Positions 11,310-20,605 of a stretch of 64,000 nucleotides of DNA are shown in pieces; the first letter of the stretch is position 1, and the number at the start of each line of letters is the position of its first letter. The translations under genes and the position numbers were made by a program. The notes beneath the pieces were generated by a model. The model saw only the letters and a list, made by a program, of their open reading frames with translations, was not told the DNA's origin and ran no database searches. The stretch is from Isurus oxyrinchus (Eukaryota), in NCBI GenBank assembly GCA_026770705.1, contig JANJGN010000026.1, forward strand, positions 28,148,001-28,212,000, written 5' to 3'.

Positions 11310-11730
11310 TTCCCTTCCAGATTCTCTGCTCGGGGACTGAGAGTCCAGTGAGTTAATAGTTTCCCTCCCTGTGGTCGGCTAAGCAATTTCCCTTTCGGTT
11401 TTGTCTGCTGAGAAGGTGGAGACACAGTGGGATAACGAATGACCTTCCTCGTCTTTTTGTTTAGCAAGTGGAGGTAAAATTGGATAACAATTTTCCTTTC
11501 AGTTTTCTCTGTTGAGGAAGTGGGGGTACAGTGGGTTAACAATTTCCCTTCCCCTCTCTCTGTTGGGGAAGTGAGGGTACAGTGTGTTAACAATTTCCCC
11601 TCCCCCTCTCTCTGTTGGGGAAGTTGGAGTACAATGGGTTAACAATTTCCCTATCCCCTCTCTCTTTTGGGGAAATGGGGGTACAGTGGGTTAACAATCT
11701 CCTTTCTCCTCTCTCTGCTGGGGAGTTGTT
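11310..11730. repeat. ~52-bp minisatellite (about 7-8 units)
   Basis: GGGTACAGTGGGTTAACAATTTCCC...CTCTCTGTTGGGGAAGT recurs at about 11523, 11575, 11627 and 11680. Confidence 0.85.
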
Positions 11731-12118
11731 GGGACATGTTTATGTGTGACCCTCACTTCAGTTTCCAATGTGTGTGATGCAGCAGTTTAAAGCTGACATC
11801 CATTTTAAAGGGATGGACAACATGAGAAGCAGGAACACTGAGATCTAAATGTGCTGTGTTTGTCAGAAATGGGAAATTGTCAGAGTTCTCTTCAGTGGGA
11901 GGACAGCTGCTGATGTTATTTTGCAGAATCTTGTAATGAATGAGCTTTACTCTCTCTCTAAGCCAGGGTATATCTGAACTAGGAGCACTGGGTGTACAAG
12001 ACTTGGGTGTGAGTCCTGTAAATATACGATTTTAACTAAACAGCTCTAACATTAGCAAAAGTGGAAAACAACATTGATTAAGCGACTGTGAATTTAAATC
12101 ACGATTGGAGAAAAGGAC

Positions 12119-12134
12119 TTTATTATTTTTTATT
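12119..12134 (-). promoter_or_regulatory. Poly(A) signals of secretory mu mRNA
   Basis: Two AATAAA on the minus strand (12129-12134, 12119-12124), about 30-40 nt after the stop. Confidence 0.75.
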
Positions 12135-12161
12135 GATGATTGAAATGTAACCGATGGATTC

Positions 12162-12553
12162 TCATTGACATGAATTAACGGTGTCCATCAGTGCAAGGGA
12201 AATATTCACAAAACTCGGTTTACCGCTGGATTTATTAACCGTTCTGTTGATGATCTTCAAGGGGATCGCTTCATGTCCCACCACACAGGAGTAAGAAGCG
12301 CCGCTGGCCCACTCCTCTGCTGCAATGGATAACAGGCTGTACATGAAGAAGGAGCGATTGCCGTTCTCCGCCACCACCTCAGTGTTCTTGTAATTCCCGG
12401 GATTCACCGTCTTGTCATTGACGGTCCACTTGACGAAGATCTCTCGCGGGGAGAAACCTCTCACTAAGCAGCTCAAGGAGATGAATCTCTGAGCGGAGAC
12501 ATCTTCTGCCGAGGGCAGGAGGACAGACACGGACGGTTCCCGCGGGTCTTTAA
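12162..12553 (-). CDS. IGHM: IgM Cmu4 exon with contiguous secretory tailpiece
   Basis: [37 protein letters not shown]...[16 protein letters not shown]; tail [20 protein letters not shown] has the NIS sequon and penultimate Cys; internal donor G|GTAAA after 12224 for the membrane form. Confidence 0.97.
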
Positions 12554-12669
12554 CTGCAGAAAATGTACAATAAATGTCAATAAACTGGAGAATTTCAGAG
12601 ACAATGAAACGGCTGGTTAGATGTGAGAGAAATGTGTTTTGTGATGAATATTAAAGGTTTTCATTGTCT

Positions 12670-13130
12670 ACTTCCTGGAAATATAACACCGTTCCTTCAC
12701 TATAGCTGAGTAAAAACCCTAGATCTCCCAACCTAACAGCACTGTGGGTGTGCCCGCGTCAGATGGGCTGCAGCGGTTCAAGAAGGCAGCTCATCACCAC
12801 CTTCTCAATGGTTTTTAGGGATGGGCAATAAACACTGGCCGAGCCAGTGACGCCCACATCCCATGAATTAATTAATAAAGCACTTTGGGATCTGTCCAGT
12901 TTTCCAACTCGGAGCAGAGGTGGACATAATCCTTTTCCCTAAGAACTTATGGGGTTAGACTAGAAAGTTTCGCAAAGTTTACAGCACAGAAACAGGCCAC
13001 TTGGCCGAACTGGTCTGTGTTGGTGTTTAAACTCCACACCAGGCTCCTCCCACTTTACGTCATCTTAACCCAATAGCACAGCCTTCAATTCATTGTTCAT
13101 TCGTCTACTTATCAATTTCCCCCCTGAAGT
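12670..13130. mobile_element. LINE 3'-end fragments in the Cmu3-Cmu4 intron
   Basis: 12670-12880 (+) ends with the GGGATGGGCAATAAA tail; 12965-13130 (-) is a CR1 3' UTR. Confidence 0.6.
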
Positions 13131-13262
13131 CTACAGGCCCAGAGAGTTTAGTTAGTGGAATTACCAATCGGAGTGGACTATAATACATTGAATACTAAAT
13201 ATTGACCCTCGCATTGGATTTAGACACAATGACTCACTTATTGCTTCAATCTCACCGCTCAC

Positions 13263-13571
13263 CTGGTTCCTTGTGGATAGAACTTCTCAAAGGAGTCGGC
13301 AGATCCTGATGGCTCACCACGCAGTAGAACTCAGCCCCACTCAGCCAGGCTTGTGTCGAGATGTTTACGTTGCTGACCACGCTGTTGTGATCCTCTCCCG
13401 GTTGGACGGCAATCTCTGATTTCAAAGGCTTCTTTTCTTGGGTCCAGGACACGAGGACTCCATAAGGGGCATTAGAAACGATGCAGGTTAATGTCACCGT
13501 CGCCTCCAGTAAGACCTGTTCTATTGGCGGTGGCAGTAGAGTAATTGTGGGATCGCTGCATTGGGAATGTT
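13263..13571 (-). CDS. IGHM: IgM Cmu3 exon
   Basis: 309 nt phase 1-1; [21 protein letters not shown]...VSWTQ...[20 protein letters not shown]. Confidence 0.96.
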
Positions 13572-13979
13572 CTGTGAAACAGAAATGAAAATCAACCAAA
13601 GTTTCACACTCAGAATCAGGACAGCAGTATTTAGTCTTCACTCTCTAAAGGAGAATATATCATCTTCGATATATCAACTTCGAACTATCGTCTTTAATCT
13701 TCTTTACACAATGCAAAACCAGCTTGGTCTGTGTAAATTGTTCTCATAATTTAAGTCCTTCAGCCCCGGTAACATTCTAATGAATCTGCGTTGCCCCAGT
13801 CCCTATACAAATATAGCATTCCTGGGCCCTGGAATGCAGTACTGAAAGCTGTTTTGTAATAGGGTGGATGCACTTTCCAACACTCTATCCTGAAGCTGTT
13901 ACCAACTTTAATACATTCCAGATTTGATTAACATCGGAGAGCAGAACGATCTATTGCTTCCTCTGTTTATATTTCTTAC

Positions 13980-14297
13980 CCTCACACTTGGTGGCGTTTC
14001 GACTTTGGGTGATCCCTTGATGAGTGACCTGACAGGTATAGACCGCGTCGGTGAACCATTCCCCAGCGGAGACTTTCAGCCGACTGGTCGCCGAGAAGTT
14101 CCCGTTCACTTCAAAGGCGGGAGAGGTGACAATTCCTGAATCCATGGGTTGTCCATTCTTCAGCCACTTCACGGCCATTGAATTTGGTCGGAAATTGATG
14201 ATTGAACAGACGGCTGTTGCAAATTTGTTGGTTGTGATTTCTTCCCTGGAACTCACGGTGAGGAGAACAGTTGGAGGGAAGATGTCAATTGGAGAAC
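13980..14297 (-). CDS. IGHM: IgM Cmu2 exon
   Basis: 318 nt phase 1-1; [14 protein letters not shown]...[12 protein letters not shown]...KWLKNGQP...[12 protein letters not shown]...EW...YTCQVTH. Confidence 0.96.
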
Positions 14298-14509
14298 CTT
14301 CAAAAAACAGAGGTTAGACATTTATTGCAGAAGAAATTGATAATAGACACAATGAGTTCATATATTTTAGCAGGCTTTTTCCGTTAATAGACACTAACCT
14401 GGATTTTCCAGGATCAGAACTATGCAGAGTACTATAAATGCGTTAAAACCAAGGCCCTGTACAGGTTAATCACAACCTTTCTGTTTCTCACAGGTTCCGC
14501 AACACTTAC

Positions 14510-14806
14510 ATTGCATTCCAATGCTCTTGTCTGAGCCGCTGTATTGAACCTCACACTTGATTTTGCTGCAATCCCCCTCTGACTCGGTGATGGTTAATTG
14601 GCTGCTCAGGGTATAGGTTCCCCTCTGGTTTCTCACCGACGGGTAAGTCTTAAATCCAGTGGTGATTGGCTGCCCATCTTTCTTCCAGGTCAGGCTGGTG
14701 ATTTCCGGGGAGTAATCCATCGCCAAACAGCCGTAGGTGACGGAACCATCGGGGTTGTGTTGCTGACAAGAGACCAGGCTATAGAGAGTGGGCGAAGATG
14801 GTGTCG
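14510..14806 (-). CDS. IGHM: IgM Cmu1 exon
   Basis: ttcccag acceptor, gtaagt donor, 297 nt phase 1-1; [14 protein letters not shown]...[21 protein letters not shown]...YTLSSQLTI...CEV. Confidence 0.96.
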
Positions 14807-15384
14807 CTGGGAAAGAATGGCCGATTGAACAAGTTAGACTCTGATTTGTGATCATCAAGTACATCAAACTACTCAAAATTTGACTATAACTTTAAACATA
14901 TCCTAATATAATCCAACTAAAACACACATCCACATGTGACCATTTATTATTTCCATCATTTAGTGATCCTCATCTGTCTGTTTCCTCTTTAGAAACCCAC
15001 ACCTCTTTTCCCGCCTCTATTTCATTACTAAAAGAGAACATTTTGATGTCATCTGAATGATGTACCTTTCATTGGATTAAAATGGAAGAGCAGAGGACTT
15101 CCTCCATTATTTTGGCCACCAGTTATTTCTCAATCAAGAGCACTTGGTGATAGAGAAGTTACCCCGTCATCTATATCATTGCAGTTTGGAAAGTAGCTCT
15201 GTTCAAATTGACGGATGCCCCCTCCCCTCTCCACGTTCCCCCAAAACAAAGCAAAGCAACAACCCTTCGAAAGTACCTTTGTAATGATAGCTAAATAATG
15301 ACCATAGAACTCTAAACTGAATACAAGTTACAGTAAATATGACATTTTCCACTACCTGAAACATTCACAGCCTCCCCCGCAGGC

Positions 15385-15745
15385 GCACAGTGACTGCAGT
15401 CTGTACCATATACAGGATGCACTGCAGCAACTCGCCAAGGCTCCTTCAGCAGCACCTTCAAAACCCACAACATCTCCTAACTAGAAGGACAAGGGCAGCA
15501 GCTGCTTGGGAACACCACCACCTATACGCTCCCCTCCAAGGCACCCAACATCTTGACTTGGAACTATATCGCCGTGCCTTCACTGTGAATACATCAAAAT
15601 CCTGGAGCTCTTTTCCTAACAGCACTGTGAGTGTACCTGTAACTATTCAAGGAGGCGGAATTTCAATACTTCAAGGGATAATTAGGGATGGACAACAAAT
15701 GCTGGCCTTGCCAGCGACTCCAACATCCTATGACAGATTAAAATT
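15385..15745 (+). mobile_element. LINE 3' end (CR1/L2-like) in the J-C intron
   Basis: TAVCTIYRMHCSNSPRLLQQHL...SWSSFPNSTV; tail shared with the SINE at 6765-7065. Confidence 0.7.
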
Positions 15746-18700
15746 AAGATACAGGCTAATTTCTTACTCCACACTGTCCAACCAAATAGGTCAAGGACTG
15801 CAACAGCACGGATTAAAATAGGATAAAACTCTCTCTGCATTGCCAAACCGAGCACTCCCAAGACACATACATCATTGGTTTAAAATCGACCAAATCTCCT
15901 TCGACAGTCTGTCTGTCGTTTTTGAATTGTCCTTACTGACTATCATAATGGGTTGGGTTTCTGAGGCGCCTGGTCAAAAAGTCAAACTTTCACATTTCTC
16001 ACAGATACAAGTTTTTTGAAGAAATACATCAAATTGCAATTCTTGAAATCCAGGAGAGTGAAGCAGAAGGTTAATAACCAGTCAGGAAGATTCCTAGTCC
16101 CAGCACAGTGACCACGCGCACAGAAACGGAACAGACACAAATGGTGCAACAATCGAGTTCCCAGCAGATAGATCTGTTCAATCTGTCCCTTTCATTCAAG
16201 CTGCTTAATTCCAATTGATCAATGGTCAACTTACTACAATTATTCTATAACTTCTTTGAAATTAATCTGATTTTCATTTCAAAATTCTCTTTTAAGTCCA
16301 TCTAATTCTCCCTGATCTGTCTCAAATCTCCAAATAACTTAGGATTTAAGTTACCCTGAAAATGAGCACAGCAAAAATTACAGGTTCAGGATAATTTGGT
16401 GTCTGTAACAGAGACTCAATGACAGGGTAAGAATGAAACAAATCAGGAAACATTCACATTGAAAACCGATTACCCGCTGATTTGATTTGATTTTAGATAT
16501 GAATAGAACCAATAAAAACATCGAGGCTAAACACCTTATCGAGCTGAGCACAGCTGAGTAAGAAAAGTATTCTTTTCTAAATTAATTTTGGATACAATTA
16601 AAAATTCTCTCCACTGAGATTTTGCACTCACTATAATGACCAGTATACTATTTAATTGTTGGAGCACATTTATGTTGAAGTAATTATCACTAATATTATA
16701 TTGTAAGCTAATTATCTTGTTATTGTCAATTCATTTTCTTGTCAGCTGATTTCTACTCTATAATATTAAAAATGGTTTTCAAAAATTGAAAACTTGTTTC
16801 TCCCTGGGACTTTGTGAAATAATTGGGGTTTATTTAAATCAACCTGACACTGAAACAATGTTAAACAATAAATTTCAAATTGCTAGATGGTAACAATCAG
16901 GCAATTTTATTTAAATCTAAGCACGATTTACTATTTTGCTTTTACTTCTACTGCTCTATTTTAACCAACAATATTGTAAGCTATGCGTGTTTCTGAAGGC
17001 ATTGGGAAATCATAAATTCCATCTATTCTCATCGAGTAATTCACAGGGCGAATTCATCAGTGGAATATTTGAAATACTTTCAAATCTGGCCAGGGTCACA
17101 TCGCATTAAGTGTCTATGAGCTGTAACATCATCTGTTTGCTAAAGGAAACTTGTCTTAACTCCAAACTATATGTAAAAAAAATGTTCCTGGCAGTTCCTT
17201 ATTATCAATAAAATTGCTTCCTAGATAACAATCTCTATTCTTTAATTTTTACATATATTGTTCATTGAAATAAGATCCAAATTGATCAATATAAAACTTG
17301 ATGAGAACAATTCATTCAGATCATCTGTGCCACTGAAATATAATCAGCAAATTGAACCGAGATTTTGTTCTTCAATTTAATATTTAATAAGAATTAAGCA
17401 TGAATCTCAGATATAATCTGTTCTCCTACAATCCTATCCTGTGTACAGCACAGCTATGGGAGACAGGATGTTGTTATTGAATTCAAAACTCACATTAATG
17501 TTTGCAATTAAATTAATCTGTTCTAATTTCAACCTTTTCCTTGTCAATCACTATTCATATGCAGTCTGCACCTTCTTACAGTTAAAAAAATGTAAGAACA
17601 ATTCATTTATTGCCAGCGAATTCCACCCCCCCGAAAACTGTTTAAGATTAGATTAGTGACAATTGTCTCACTATCCAAATCCCAATAACATTGAAGGAAT
17701 AATATGGTTACAGCTGCACAGAAAGAATGTAATAACCAGATAGACATATTGCCAAACTGAAATGTCAAACTCCTTTTTAAGTCAATGCAAACGTTATCAG
17801 GGATATAAAAGAATAATTCAAAATCCCTTGTGAAATTGACCAAATCTTTAGAATCAGTATATTCTTATTGAAATTTTTTCATGCATAATCACAAAATATT
17901 TCTAGCCTAAAAACTTTCCCGATCATGTTAATTGTGCACAGTGCACAACAAAATTATAAAAGGTGATTAATGATCAATTATGTTAATATGAAATCTGTTC
18001 AGCCAATATGGAGAAATATTACAACATTATAATTGTTTGAATTGTATTAATTTTACTCTACAACTTGAAAATTAGTTAATTGTATAGTTTCTGATTGCAG
18101 TAACGAATTATGTTTTGAATGAGGATCATAATCCATGGTTTAGTTTAATCTGCAATTATCACTTAAAATTGAGACAAAATGTTCTAACACATCTTTCAAC
18201 GCTTTTTTCCCCATTCCTGAAACCTGTCTGTTTTCTGCCTACAATCGCGCTTCAAGCAGATACAAACGCATAGACTGTTTCCATTCAATCACAAAACGTG
18301 CAACTGCTCAATATCACCGAGTTTAAACAATGCAGAACCGCCAAGCCGTTTCACAAATTCTACTTATTCAAAGCCACCCAGACACCCAATATCCTCGGGA
18401 GAAAAACACCAAATCACATCACTGAGGGGCTGAAACCCGTTTCATGGAGAAGCAGCTCAATTGTACAAACACTTCCAACAGAATCCAATGTAACATTGCA
18501 AGAAAATCTCAATATTGAATCCAGGCAACACGCTCGTCACTAAATAAATGAATAATTAAACTAAACAGAAATATGGAATAATATCAACAGCATTGTGGGT
18601 AGGCGGAACATGTTCAATAAATTAATATTGAAACTTAAGCATATTTTGTCAATTTTGGGTTTGATTTCAAACCTATTTAAACCCTTGTGCAACAGATGGT

Positions 18701-19045
18701 AAAACCCGCAGCCATTAGATGTCACCGAGATTAAACATTGCAGAAACGTCAAACTGTTTTAACAAACATTAGATATTTCAAGTCGCCCGGCCACACATTA
18801 TCCTCAGCAGATAAACACCAAATCACAACAACCAGGGACCGAATCCCTCAGCAGCACTTTTTGTCAAGACACAGCCGAATTATATAATTCAATTTAAGCA
18901 GAATCACATGAAACATTGTAAAAACATTCTGCATACAGAATCCACCAAACCCACGTTTCAGTGAACGAATGAATTATTAAAATAGACAAAAATATAAAAC
19001 ATAGACTCAAGTAATACAAACAATAAATAAACGTGTGGTTCTTAC

Positions 19046-19093
19046 CTGCAGTCACCGTCACCATGGTCCCTTGTCCCCAGTAGTCAAAATAAT
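19046..19093 (-). CDS. IGHJ: JH segment
   Basis: YFDYWGQGTMVTVTA with the WGxG motif, followed by a G|GTAAG donor. Confidence 0.97.
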
Positions 19094-19132
19094 CACAGTG
19101 TTACATTCCCTAGGCTGTGCCAAACAATAACT
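19094..19132 (-). other. JH 5' RSS, 23-bp spacer
   Basis: Plus strand reads CACAGTG (19094-19100), 23 nt, ACAATAACT (19124-19132). Confidence 0.92.
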
Positions 19133-19460
19133 GTCCCTGCACGAAAAAGACAGAATCTAACATTACTTTAAATATTCATAAGTCAGAGGCAAAGCAAGGT
19201 CACGGTGAATCTTCACGAAATTATATTTGCGTTTGTAGATATCTTTAGGTATTCATCAATGATCCTCATGTTTAATAATTCACCAAGTAACACATGAACA
19301 TGTTATTGAAATCACCAACTGATGAATGCATAATTATCACAGCTTTTCCATCTTAAACTATGTTTTTTGGGCAGTTCTGGACATAAATAATGCTTCACAG
19401 TAAATATAGCAGGATTGTAAAAGCGAGCACTGACCCAGGCAGACACAATTAGTGCTGAGG

Positions 19461-19488
19461 GGTTTTTGTATTGACAGTAAATGCTGTG
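19461..19488 (-). other. D 3' RSS, 12-bp spacer
   Basis: CACAGCA, TTTACTGTCAAT (12 nt), ACAAAAACC. Confidence 0.95.
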
Positions 19489-19513
19489 CCATCCCAGTTA
19501 TACCCCGTAGTAT
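19489..19513 (-). CDS. IGHD: Single 25-nt DH segment, probably germline-fused D1+D2
   Basis: ATACTACGGGGTATAACTGGGATGG between two 12-RSS; no other credible RSS found between V and J. Confidence 0.9.
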
Positions 19514-19541
19514 CACAGTGAAATACACCCGCACAAAAACT
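19514..19541 (-). other. D 5' RSS, 12-bp spacer
   Basis: AGTTTTTGT, GCGGGTGTATTT (12 nt), CACTGTG on the minus strand. Confidence 0.95.
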
Positions 19542-19911
19542 GCACACACTCTCTGTTCAGCGCTGCCTCTCAATATTCACTTCAAATAGACGTTTAATTC
19601 TGATCTAGAAGTAGAATTCATGCAGCAGTTTACAAAATTGAACGAAAAGAGACCTCCTCCAAGTATCAGATATATTAAAATGAACATTATCTCCAGGTCT
19701 GTAATTGCGGAAACAATTAACAGTAAATATCAACACAGCCAAAAGCTCAGCTCATTACATCGACTGATTTGCTAGTTTTACTGTTAAATTTGCTGTGCTA
19801 CTTATGTCAGGAGCTGCTTGTTGCCTGGTCCTGATCATTACAGTTAATGTTACATTTAAAACAAGTGCTGACCGTCAGATTATGATGGAAGTTGTTGAGT
19901 TCCTCTCGATC

Positions 19912-19950
19912 TGTTTTTGTTCAGGCCCAGCCCTGGTTCCTCTCGCTGTG
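19912..19950 (-). other. VH 3' RSS, 23-bp spacer
   Basis: CACAGCG, 23 nt, ACAAAAACA directly after the V coding end. Confidence 0.95.
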
Positions 19951-20256
19951 AGTGTTTTGCACAGTAGTAGATGGCTGTGTCTTCAGTCTTCAGGCTCGTC
20001 ATGTCCAAGGAGAAGATGTTCCTTGAAGTGTCTTTGGACGCAGTAAATCGATTCTTAATTCCTGGAGCGAAGTAGCTGCTGGATGAAGTATGGTAATAAA
20101 TCAACAACTCCAGCGCCTGTCCGGGAACCTGTCGGATCCAGCCCATGTAGTAACTGCCAAGATTGAACCCGCTGGTTTTACAGGTCAGTCTCAGGGTGCC
20201 TCCGGGACGCCCGGTCTCTGCCTCCGGCTGAGTTAACACAACATCCGACTGGGCAC
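19951..20256 (-). CDS. IGHV: Unrearranged VH segment (elasmobranch IgM type)
   Basis: ttttacag acceptor; (R)[46 protein letters not shown]...[32 protein letters not shown]; both Cys and the core Trp present, no stops. Confidence 0.97.
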
Positions 20257-20385
20257 CTGTAAAAAATATATCAAAAACCCCGAGGATTAATCCTGGTGAA
20301 ATGATTCCTGACTCTGTCACATTCCAGAGAGAGACTAACACTGAGACAGTCACAATGAGAGACTTGGAGAATAAAAACTACTCAC

Positions 20386-20431
20386 GGGATAAGAAAGTCA
20401 GCAACAAACTGAGAGAAATCGCCGACCTCAT
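20386..20431 (-). CDS. IGHV: IgM VH leader exon
   Basis: ATG at 20431 reads MRSAISLSLLLTFLS plus 1 nt, then a GTGAGT donor; hydrophobic signal peptide; 129-bp phase-1 intron to the V exon. Confidence 0.95.
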
Positions 20432-20521
20432 CCTTCTGGTCCTTCGCGGAAAATGGTTCTGTCCAGAACTCAGTGAACAAATCAGCTCCCGGACTGTTGG
20501 ATTCCGGTCCCAGTGAGCGGC

Positions 20522-20605
20522 ATTTAAATACCCGGCAGAAGGGGGCGGCTTTCCAGGCGCCGCCTGTTGATTCCCTGGTGGAGGCGGCGACTGGATCCAC
20601 GCCCC
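20522..20605 (-). promoter_or_regulatory. VH promoter (TATA-like element plus GC/CACC boxes)
   Basis: TATTTAAAT at 20522-20530, about 90 nt upstream of the ATG; GGGGCGG 20542-20548 and CCACGCCCC 20597-20605 in a local GC-rich patch. Confidence 0.65.

Noticed and set aside
13251-13262. Second GTGAG donor 7 nt into the Cmu3-Cmu4 intron
   Set aside because: Using it would shift the frame, and there is no evidence of function
14807-18290. Switch region or E-mu-like enhancer in the J-C intron
   Set aside because: AT-rich, with no AGCT/G-rich tandem array and no convincing motif cluster seen
19542-19911. A second D segment (CACAGCC about 19734; CACAGCA about 19791-19797 minus; also CACGGTG 19201)
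   Set aside because: Heptamer-like words with no nonamer at 12 or 23 bp
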